From a virus (Duplodnaviria; Caudoviricetes), in IMG/VR virus record IMGVR_UViG_641509421_000001, positions 6,580 to 70,579 of that record: 64,000 nucleotides of DNA; one strand, written 5' to 3'. The translations under genes were made by a program, and so were the position numbers. Below the pieces are notes generated by a model. The model was given only the letters and a program-made list of their open reading frames with translations. It did not search any database and was not told the origin of the DNA. Every line of letters starts with the position of its first letter. Position 1 is the stretch's first letter. Positions 39,767 to 46,880 of this stretch are shown here, one piece after another.

Positions 39767-41609
39767 TCTTTCCTCCTTCGTTTACAGACTTAATGGTGTC
39801 TGAGATGATTGTCATTGTCTTTAGACCTAGACAGTCAAGTTTAAGCATACCGAGATACGCCGAGTCTCGCTTATCGTAGGCGAGAACTTCTGTCATGTCT
39901 CCATTAGTCTTCTCCCTCTCATAGATAGCGCACGTGTCGCTGATCGGAGAGTTAGAGATCACCATTCCAGCTGCATGGACTCCCAGAGTCTTCTGGTCTC
40001 CCTCTAACCTGAATGCTAACTCAAGACCTGGATGATTGTCAATAATCTTCTTCGCTTCAGGGAAGGCAATGGCAGTGTCTTCTGCCGTATCGAACTCACG
40101 AGGATCCCCGTAAGGAGCTTCCACAATGAACTCGCAGAACTCTTCGGCCTCCCACGGCGGAGCTCCGATGGCCTTGGCCGTGTCTTTAATTGCTGTCTTA
40201 CCTCGGAAACGAGAGAAGTTACCGATGTTGCCGACGTTATCTACTCCGTAGATGCTTCTAGCGAACTCAAACACCTCGTTCCTTCGGTCGTCCGCGTAGT
40301 CGGTATCGACATCTGGAGGATCTTCACGTCCTGGATCAAGGAATCTCTCGAAGAGCATCTGAGGGAACTCCATCGGATTAACCTCGGAGATCCGCAGCAG
40401 ATAGCAGACCAGAGAACCAGCAGCGGAACCTCGACCAGGACCAACGGCGATGCCGTTATCCTTAGCCCAGCCTAGGATCTGCTGGTTAATGAGGAAGTAG
40501 TCGCTGAAGTCCTTAGGGATAATGACGGCCAGCTCCTTCTTGATCCTCGCTGTGTACTCCTCTTTCCGCTTTCGGAAGTCCTCTCGGAAGCGCTCGTTAG
40601 TCTCCGCACGGAACTTTACGCCCTCCTTGATCGCCTCCTTGAGCAAGTAAGCAGCATGAGAGGCTGTTCCGTTACTCTCCGAGAATCTGACCTGAGAGGT
40701 CTTAGGGAGAGTGACATTAAGACGGTCAGCAACCCGAGAAGAGTTGTTGATAGCCTTAACAGCTCCATCTTTAGAGACTCCAGCCTTAATCAGGCGGATA
40801 GCCATCTCTCGATCGCTCTCTGGGTAGGTGCAAGGGTCCGCTGCGTAGTCTCGGTCCATCTTATCCATTGGGATCTTCCACTTAATAGCATTGGAGAGCT
40901 TCTGGATCTCCCAGTCCTCAGGGTAAGGGTAGTGAGCGTCAGCTGTAGCCACCAGCGGAACATCGAGCTCCTTAGAGAGAGACTCGATCTGCTGATTTAG
41001 AAATACTGTGCGGTCATAGTTCGAGAAAGGTTGGACCTCAAGGTAGTAACGGTCTCCATAGACGTCAAGGAATCGTTCAACCAGCTCTGCGCCCATCTGG
41101 AGCCTGTCGTCGTCTGAGTATTGTGCTGGTCCGATGTCTTCTCGTACTCGGAGGCCCTGAGACTTTCCACCAGCAAGAGTACAGCTAAGCCACGAATCAG
41201 CGCATCCAGAAAGGATGACCAGGCCTTCAGTACCGTGTCGATTAAGTAAAGTCTCGGTGTTAATTGTTGGGTAGTGGTAGAAGCCACTCTTGTCCTCCTT
41301 CTTCTTGTAGCTCTCAGTAACCATGCGAGAGAGGTTTCGGTAACCTTCCTCGTTCATGGCTAAGATCGTTTGGTGGAACTTGCGTTTCTCTCCTGGCTCC
41401 GCCACGTAAGCCTCAACTCCAAAGATCGGCTTGATTCCTGCCTTGAGAGCTGCCTGTTCCAGCTGAACGTGAGAGCTTACAGTTCCGTGCTCGGTTAGAG
41501 CCAGAGCGGACATCCCGAGCTCTTTAACTCTGGCTACGTGCTCCGCAGGAGAGCCGTGACCATCTCCACTAGAGAAGCTAGTATGAGAGTGGAGACTGAC
41601 GAACTTCAT
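39738..41609 (-). CDS. dnaE: DNA polymerase III alpha, N-terminal part (PHP + palm)
   Basis: SLHSHTSFS, GPGRGSAAGSL, FERFL, PDVDTD, GVHAAG, KLDCLGL. Confidence 0.92.
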   Translation of the reverse strand: MKFVSLHSHTSFSSGDGHGSPAEHVARVKELGMSALALTEHGTVSSHVQLEQAALKAGIKPIFGVEAYVAEPGEKRKFHQTILAMNEEGYRNLSRMVTESYKKKEDKSGFYHYPTINTETLLNRHGTEGLVILSGCADSWLSCTLAGGKSQGLRVREDIGPAQYSDDDRLQMGAELVERFLDVYGDRYYLEVQPFSNYDRTVFLNQQIESLSKELDVPLVATADAHYPYPEDWEIQKLSNAIKWKIPMDKMDRDYAADPCTYPESDREMAIRLIKAGVSKDGAVKAINNSSRVADRLNVTLPKTSQVRFSESNGTASHAAYLLKEAIKEGVKFRAETNERFREDFRKRKEEYTARIKKELAVIIPKDFSDYFLINQQILGWAKDNGIAVGPGRGSAAGSLVCYLLRISEVNPMEFPQMLFERFLDPGREDPPDVDTDYADDRRNEVFEFARSIYGVDNVGNIGNFSRFRGKTAIKDTAKAIGAPPWEAEEFCEFIVEAPYGDPREFDTAEDTAIAFPEAKKIIDNHPGLELAFRLEGDQKTLGVHAAGMVISNSPISDTCAIYEREKTNGDMTEVLAYDKRDSAYLGMLKLDCLGLKTMTIISDTIKSVNEGGKSDIKPTDDV

Positions 41610-42240
41610 ATCCTTTTTCCTTCTTTCTTTCTGCCTTAATGAGCTCGGTGAGCTCTTCCTTGCTAGGGAACTTACCCCAAGCGTCCCAGCCAACATGGAC
41701 CTGGAGGGTTCCTAGAGAGGTTCGACTGATCTTATCTGGACTGTGGGTGTGTCCGTGGATAATGAGGTCACCACAGTCTTTTGGCCTCCATTGAGTGTCT
41801 CGCTCCTCCTTCGTATGGTCTCCCTCGTAAGGGTAGTGACACAGGAGGCCTTTCTCTCCAGCAATCTTAACTGACCGTACAGGAGAGATCGAATTGAAGG
41901 TCTCTCTCCACTTCCATAGGTCCTTGAGGCTCTTGGACTTGAGTGGATGGATACTGTCGTGGTTGCCGGTAATCAGATGGAGCTCTGGACGACAGTAGGC
42001 TAGATAATTGAGCGCCACATCTTCGTGAGCTGAATTTCCGATAGTGAGATCTCCCAGGAAGAATAGCCGGTCTCCGTTTCGGAGGCGGGACAGCTCTTCC
42101 AGAATGACATCCTCATTGGAGGAAGCTACATCTTCCACTCGGATGTTATTCCAGTCAATCCTTGAGGGGCTTGTAAGATCTCTGGACTCAGCGATGCTGG
42201 CGTGGAACAGGTGCCAGTCTGATGAAAAGTAATCTGTCAT
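41578..42240 (-). CDS. Calcineurin-like metallophosphoesterase
   Basis: SDWH, LGD, GNHD, HGHTH. Confidence 0.9.
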   Translation of the reverse strand: MTDYFSSDWHLFHASIAESRDLTSPSRIDWNNIRVEDVASSNEDVILEELSRLRNGDRLFFLGDLTIGNSAHEDVALNYLAYCRPELHLITGNHDSIHPLKSKSLKDLWKWRETFNSISPVRSVKIAGEKGLLCHYPYEGDHTKEERDTQWRPKDCGDLIIHGHTHSPDKISRTSLGTLQVHVGWDAWGKFPSKEELTELIKAERKKEKGYEVRQSPLSY

Positions 42241-42250
42241 ATAAGCCTCC

Positions 42251-42445
42251 TTAGCTACTAAGAGTGTGAGTGAGTACGTCGCCTACTCCGGCGCTCTCTG
42301 GGTTAGGTGTTCCTGTTGAGATAGCCCAAGCGTCCATGATCTGAGATCCTGGAAGTCCAGTGACCAACTCGGCCAGCCAGAAGCCAGCCATAACGATTGT
42401 GGTGTAGCCCTGCAAGAGCGGGGCCACGAGTGCGATTAGTTCCAT
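42251..42445 (-). CDS. Small membrane protein
   Basis: Hydrophobic, SD AGGGAG. Confidence 0.7.
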   Translation of the reverse strand: MELIALVAPLLQGYTTIVMAGFWLAELVTGLPGSQIMDAWAISTGTPNPESAGVGDVLTHTLSS

Positions 42446-42447
42446 GA

Positions 42448-42624
42448 TTACTCCCTAACTAAATCTTTAATAGATCCCGGAAGAAAGATAACATCGCAGA
42501 GTTTTGGATCTGAGAACACTAGAGCCTTAGCTCCTCGATGGTCCTGTTTCACCTTCTTGACTCCGCAGATCCTCTTATTGGGTAAAGATTTGTTGTTGTA
42601 TTTGATGATGATGTTCATGCTCAT
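42448..42624 (-). CDS. Hypothetical protein (58 aa, not in ORF track)
   Basis: SD GAAGGT; MSMNIIIKYNNKSLPNKRICGV..DLVRE fills the gap. Confidence 0.7.
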   Translation of the reverse strand: MSMNIIIKYNNKSLPNKRICGVKKVKQDHRGAKALVFSDPKLCDVIFLPGSIKDLVRE

Positions 42625-42658
42625 GATTTTACCTTCTCTCTAGAGCTTATTCAAGACC

Positions 42659-42916
42659 CTACCCCTCTTCGGGGTAGCCTACGAGCTCCTGAACTCGGGT
42701 AGTGACCAGTTCGAGGGGAACATCGACAAACTTGTCGTGGTGACCTACCTTAGCGATCACTCCATGTCGAGGGTCCTTGGCAAGCGCGACATCGACAGCG
42801 GAACCGTGGATCTCAATGAGGAGAGCTCCATTCATTCGTCCTGCGATGTGAGAGTCGATTCCTCGACCTACCTTAAGGTCTTTCATGATGATTGCTGCTT
42901 CTCTCTTAATTCCCAT
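42659..42916 (-). CDS. Hypothetical protein
   Basis: Start MGIKREAA with SD GAGG. Confidence 0.7.
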   Translation of the reverse strand: MGIKREAAIIMKDLKVGRGIDSHIAGRMNGALLIEIHGSAVDVALAKDPRHGVIAKVGHHDKFVDVPLELVTTRVQELVGYPEEG

Positions 42917-43244
42917 TTTCTGCCTCTTCCTTCTTAAGTCGTTCAATAGCCTTCATGCACTCTTCGTAGATGTACGATCCCTTGGTGATGAAGATAATGC
43001 TTCCAAATGGTCCGCTGTGAGTGGCGATCCTACCAGGATACATATACCAGCCATCCGTAGGGTAGTTAACCTTCTCGTAGTCCTCCGAGGCGCATTGATA
43101 CCTGAAGTAATTCGTCCCTCTCGTCCCGTCTGGATTCCTCCAGTCCGCAGGGACTTTTCTGTGGACTACAAAATCCCCTCCGTAAGTCGAATTTGGGGGA
43201 TTACGATTTGCTACGAAAACGTAGTCTTTTCTAGCTTTAGCCAA
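42906..43244 (-). CDS. Hypothetical protein
   Basis: TTG start, SD GAGGAGGT, own promoter. Confidence 0.8.
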   Translation of the reverse strand: MAKARKDYVFVANRNPPNSTYGGDFVVHRKVPADWRNPDGTRGTNYFRYQCASEDYEKVNYPTDGWYMYPGRIATHSGPFGSIIFITKGSYIYEECMKAIERLKKEEAENGN

Positions 43245-43283
43245 TCTACCTCCTCGGTATCTGTTGTCTTGCTGACATGATTG

Positions 43284-43312
43284 AGCTTAACACGTACCTA
43301 GAGAAATGTCAA
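43284..43312 (-). promoter_or_regulatory. SigA-type promoter
   Basis: TTGACA-17-TAAGCT with TG extension. Confidence 0.8.
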
Positions 43313-43320
43313 ACAAATAC

Positions 43321-43346
43321 AAAAAGAGCCTCCCGAAGGAGGCTCT
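43321..43346 (-). terminator. Terminator closing the tRNA operon
   Basis: AGAGCCTCC-TTCG-GGAGGCTCT-TTTT on - strand. Confidence 0.88.
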
Positions 43347-43364
43347 AAATGTGTTGGTGGTAAG

Positions 43365-43437
43365 TCCCCTAGGCAGGACTCGAACCTGCAACCTATGGGG
43401 TAGAAATCCATTGCTCTGTCCTTTGAGCTACTAGGGG
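43365..43437 (-). tRNA. tRNA-Arg(TCT)
   Basis: Acceptor CCCCTAG/CTAGGGG, loop TTTCTAC, T-arm GCAGG-TTCGAGT-CCTGC; A31-C39 mismatch. Confidence 0.88.
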
Positions 43438-43461
43438 TGAAGGGGCCGAAGCCCCAAGGGG

Positions 43462-43647
43462 TTATACTACGAAAGCGTAGTCGGTAGCGACCTGAACGGA
43501 TTCAACATCATGGGATCGCAGAACTTCGACTAGCTAATTGAAGTTCATCGTCTTTCGGATGTCGCCGGTCTTAAAGTTGTCCTTAAACTTATTGCCAATA
43601 ACGGATCGAAGTTCTGTTGCTTTGCTGTAGAGGTCAGTAGGATTCAT
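43462..43647 (-). CDS. Small ORF inside the tRNA operon with in-frame TAG (43534-43536)
   Basis: SD GAAGGAG; MNPTDLY..MNFN*LVEVLRSHDVESVQVATDYAFVV then TAA and hairpin GGGGC-TTCG-GCCCC. Confidence 0.6.
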
Positions 43648-43698
43648 TGAGGTCTCCTTCAATTTAGGTTGGGTAGAGGTAGCTCCATTTAGCAGCGG

Positions 43699-43770
43699 AG
43701 CCTCATGCGGAAATCGAACCCGCATCGTCTGATTGGAAGTCAGACATCTTAACCATTGGAACAATGAGGC
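43699..43770 (-). tRNA. tRNA-Gly(TCC)
   Basis: GCCTCAT/ATGAGGC, TCTGA-CTTCCAA-TCAGA, U73. Confidence 0.92.
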
Positions 43771-43931
43771 TGGTGGGGTGCTGGATTGCCTTTTACCAGC
43801 GAGGGCTTGCGTGCGATCTATTATTAGTACCGCGCCCTGCCATACCTTTCGACCGCTAGGTCGGTAACCCGCTAAGGCCAGTATGCACAATCTTCACCGT
43901 TGCACGCGACGGCTTTTGCTCTGTCAACCCC
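43771..43931 (-). ncRNA. Candidate 161-nt structured RNA with acceptor-like stem and 3' ACCA
   Basis: 5' GGGGT pairs with ACCCC-ACCA; GCTGG/CCAGC arm; internal hairpins. Confidence 0.5.
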
Positions 43932-43957
43932 GGACAGTCTGTACGGGACTATCCTTG

Positions 43958-44030
43958 CGCCCTAGAGAGGATTCGAACCTCCAACCTGAGGATTAGGACT
44001 CCTCTGCTCTATCCATTGAGCTACCAGGGC
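43958..44030 (-). tRNA. tRNA-Arg(CCT)
   Basis: GCCCTGG/CTAGGGC, GAGGA-GTCCTAA-TCCTC, GGTTCGAATCC. Confidence 0.92.
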
Positions 44031-44300
44031 ATCTCGACGTTTCAATCGAGGCCCGCAAAACCTAACTCAGGCTACTTATGCGCTAGGCATGTTCGCCTGG
44101 GTTAGACTGCGGTTGTGGACTCTAACGTGTCCCACATCTCTTCCACTCTCCAAGGGGCTTCCGAACGTTCAGGCTTACGAATGCTTAGGCCGACTGTGCG
44201 GATTCTAAGCTTTCCGTAACTTGGTCTTACCCTAGCCACCACGCCCGTGCGAAAAGCTGTGACCCGTCAAGCACCAGTTATCGCACCTAGCTTGACCACT
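44031..44300 (-). ncRNA. Candidate 270-nt structured RNA between tRNA-Tyr and tRNA-Arg
   Basis: No ORF in the track; several long stems and potential pseudoknots. Confidence 0.45.
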
Positions 44301-44301
44301 G

Positions 44302-44383
44302 TCCCGCACATAGGATTTGAACCTACTCAACCGAAGTGCCTGATTTACAGTCAGGTGCGACTCTCCATCTTCGCCGGTGCGGG
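44302..44383 (-). tRNA. tRNA-Tyr(GTA), atypical
   Basis: CCCGCAC/GTGCGGG-A, CCTGA-CTGTAAA-TCAGG, long variable arm, GGTTCAAATCC. Confidence 0.88.
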
Positions 44384-44440
44384 CTTCTCGCCGTTTTTAT
44401 CGAGGTGACGAACCCTCGTTTCCTAACGCCTGCCTTCTAG

Positions 44441-44513
44441 CCCGGATGACAGGACTTGAACCTGCAACTTCTGGTTTTGGAGACCAGCGCTCTACCAATT
44501 GAACTACATCCGA
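44441..44513 (-). tRNA. tRNA-Trp(CCA)
   Basis: TCGGATG/CATCCGG-G, CTGGT-CTCCAAA-ACCAG. Confidence 0.92.
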
Positions 44514-44638
44514 ATTGAAGCCTTTTAGCGACTTGCTTAGGTCGCACAAGCAGAGGCTTGCCGGATCTTTATCCAGCTATTTGAGCTTACTCGGAGCTGT
44601 TGCCCTGTTCATTCTCTCAGAACTGGCTTACATAGGAA

Positions 44639-44668
44639 AGTTTACCACATCTTAATTCCAGATGTCAA
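44639..44668 (-). promoter_or_regulatory. Promoter of the tRNA/ncRNA operon
   Basis: TTGACA-18-TAAACT with TGTGG extension, overlapping end of nrdH-like gene. Confidence 0.75.
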
Positions 44669-44936
44669 GTCGGCCTTCCAAGGTGTCTACAAGAAGGTCA
44701 GTTTGGGGGCCTGAGACAAAGGATACCTCGTCGGTATCTAGGTCTGTGATCTTGTAGATCGGCGCAGCCTTAGCTCCGCTCTGTTCGATAATCTCTGGAT
44801 TATCCTCGATGAAGTCCGTGGTGGACTCGACCTCGTGCTCTGTCTGCTCCAGCCAGCGGTCAAACTCGCTACGCATTCGCAGGCAGTTAGGGCAATGAGA
44901 GCGCTTCTCGTAAATCTCTACATCAATCTGTCGCAT
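44652..44936 (-). CDS. nrdH: NrdH-like glutaredoxin
   Basis: IYEK..CPNC..GAKAAPI. Confidence 0.75.
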   Translation of the reverse strand: MRQIDVEIYEKRSHCPNCLRMRSEFDRWLEQTEHEVESTTDFIEDNPEIIEQSGAKAAPIYKITDLDTDEVSFVSGPQTDLLVDTLEGRLDIWN

Positions 44937-44940
44937 GTAA

Positions 44941-45564
44941 TTACTCCAAATCCAAATCGTCGTCGTCTAGTGTGAAATCGTCATTCTCGGCCTCTGAGAA
45001 ATCATCATTCTCTGCCTTCTGGCTACCCTTAGGAGGAGCAGCGAAGTACTTGACTTGCGCTCGGGTCTTACCTTCCTTATCAGTCCAGTTGCTGATATAG
45101 GCCTCAAGATCAGGGATCTTATCGGTCTTAAACTTGCCGATCTGAGTGATCTTCTTTGCCTTACCACTCTTCGTGTCTTCAGCGTGGATCTGGCCCTTGT
45201 TGGCAGCGTCCACGAAGCCTGAGATGCTCATGGTTCCGCCAGAGAGTGCGAGAAGAGCGCTATCCAGTACGCTGACGTGAATAGAGAAGTACTGGTGTCC
45301 TGGATCGAACGGGATAGTCAGGTTAGTGCTGACTGGAGCTCCTTCGTAGCCTTCGTCCAGAACCTCACAGAAGACGGTGATCTGGTCATGTCCAGCAGCG
45401 GGACCGGCCTTAGCCTCGGAGAGGAGAAGGGTGTTGACCTTCACCTTGTAATTGCCTGGAGGTGGGGTGGGGCCAGAGTACTGAGTGAACTCCTTGCGGT
45501 TCTCTCGTGCGGTCTGGATGTCGTCCTGGCTGATCTTAGCCATTGAAAGCTTCAATTTACTCAT
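44941..45564 (-). CDS. ssDNA-binding protein (putative)
   Basis: YSGPTPPPGNYKVKV, acidic C-tail; follows AAA ATPase. Confidence 0.7.
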   Translation of the reverse strand: MSKLKLSMAKISQDDIQTARENRKEFTQYSGPTPPPGNYKVKVNTLLLSEAKAGPAAGHDQITVFCEVLDEGYEGAPVSTNLTIPFDPGHQYFSIHVSVLDSALLALSGGTMSISGFVDAANKGQIHAEDTKSGKAKKITQIGKFKTDKIPDLEAYISNWTDKEGKTRAQVKYFAAPPKGSQKAENDDFSEAENDDFTLDDDDLDLE

Positions 45565-46336
45565 TTACTGCCTCTTCCTGTTGGGATTCTTCTTCTTCTT
45601 CTTCGCTGGCACTAGCTGCCAGCAGATCTTCAGTGTACTGTTCAAGGGTTAGGTCACCCTTGCGTCCTTGGTACAGGCTGAAGCGGTCCTTAGCGAGAAC
45701 ATTGTCCGACTTATTGAACTGGAATGCTCGGTGAGTATTGCCGTTCTTTCTGACCACAGATAGATAGCATACCACATCCACTTCACCGCATACCCACCAG
45801 GAGACAGCTCCTTTTCCTCCGTGCAAAGCTGGAAGGCGGTACTCATTACCATCTTCGTCCGTGGCGAGGTCAGCCATAGCGGTATAGATGATGTTAGCAT
45901 CTGATGCGTTAAGACGGCGAACGATGTCTTTAAGCCTCTCCTGAGCTTCACCCCACTCCTGGAGCTCTCTCGTGTACTTGCTGCGAGAAGAGTTCTTGCT
46001 CGTAGCTTCGTCAAGGATCTTCTGCCAGATAAGGTCCTGCATCTTGGTCAGAGAGTCGATGACAACCCAGTCGTATCGGTCTGGCTGTTCGATAATAGCA
46101 TCCACGACTGCCTCCAGGGTCTGCCAGTCATCTACGTTAATTACCTGAGCCTTAGAACCTGCTCTTGCAGCGGACTTGGTTCCGTGCTCGATGCCTACAA
46201 GGAGGGTGTCCTTGCCCTTGTTAGGACCGGAGCCTGCAAAGACTGTTTTTCCTGATCCTGGATCTCCGTAGAGCACCATATTGATGGACTCTGTAGTTTC
46301 GGATACCGGGATGGCGGAATCTAGAATTGATGTCAT
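45557..46336 (-). CDS. AAA ATPase (Sak4/AAA_24-like)
   Basis: YGDPGSGKT, VVIDSLT, AKDR. Confidence 0.88.
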   Translation of the reverse strand: MTSILDSAIPVSETTESINMVLYGDPGSGKTVFAGSGPNKGKDTLLVGIEHGTKSAARAGSKAQVINVDDWQTLEAVVDAIIEQPDRYDWVVIDSLTKMQDLIWQKILDEATSKNSSRSKYTRELQEWGEAQERLKDIVRRLNASDANIIYTAMADLATDEDGNEYRLPALHGGKGAVSWWVCGEVDVVCYLSVVRKNGNTHRAFQFNKSDNVLAKDRFSLYQGRKGDLTLEQYTEDLLAASASEEEEEESQQEEAVNE

Positions 46337-46644
46337 TCTTCCTCTTTCTTTCTGATCATAAAAGGTTTTCCTGAGAGTATTGCGACTTCCTCCCTGGTGA
46401 ACAGGGAGAGCTGAGGGCCTGACTCGTCAGGCCCCACAACGCCACCAGCGGAGCTAATGATCTCAATGCACTCTTCTGCAATCTCCTTCGGGGAGACCTC
46501 GTGAATTACATCGTCAACGATCTTCATTGCTGTCACTGGGTACTTCGCAGGCTTGCCGTTGCTGTCAATCTCTAGGAACCTAATGATTCGGTCCCCGAGG
46601 GGAGAGAGCTTAGTCTCTAGCCCCAGCATTCCCTGAACTGTCAT
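46333..46644 (-). CDS. Hypothetical protein
   Basis: Tightly packed in operon. Confidence 0.75.
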   Translation of the reverse strand: MTVQGMLGLETKLSPLGDRIIRFLEIDSNGKPAKYPVTAMKIVDDVIHEVSPKEIAEECIEIISSAGGVVGPDESGPQLSLFTREEVAILSGKPFMIRKKEEE

Positions 46645-46875
46645 TTAGCCGACGACCTTAACCTCTACCAGCTGAATGTCGCTCCAACCGATCTGCTTGC
46701 CTGGGTGAGTTGGGTGCTCCTTGAGCTCGTTGATGACCTTCAGAGCAGCGCTCTGCGCTCGTCGTGCATCACTTGCCCCAACGCGGACCTTCTCAGGGTA
46801 GATGGTCGCCTTCTCTGAGTTAGTAAGTCCCTCTAGGATGTTGCGGAAGTGGAAAGTTACTAGGTAGTTCTTCAT
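46645..46875 (-). CDS. Hypothetical protein
   Basis: SD AAGGAG. Confidence 0.78.
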   Translation of the reverse strand: MKNYLVTFHFRNILEGLTNSEKATIYPEKVRVGASDARRAQSAALKVINELKEHPTHPGKQIGWSDIQLVEVKVVG

Positions 46876-46880
46876 GGTTA

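Noticed and set aside
39738-39800. Split intein in DnaE
   Set aside because: No intein N- or C-terminal motifs at the break
43365-43437. Amber suppressor tRNA(CTA)
   Set aside because: Canonical register gives TCT with U33 and A37; CTA would need C37 and an asymmetric loop
43648-43890. N-terminal extension of ORF 43534-43890
   Set aside because: Overlaps tRNA-Gly; the SD-supported start is 43647
43771-43931. tmRNA
   Set aside because: Too short, no G3:U70, no canonical T-loop, no internal tag frame recognised
43932-44300. HDV-like (theta), twister or hammerhead ribozymes at tRNA 3' trailers
   Set aside because: Could not fit P3/P1.1, the twister core or CUGANGA..GAAA by eye; needs a covariance search
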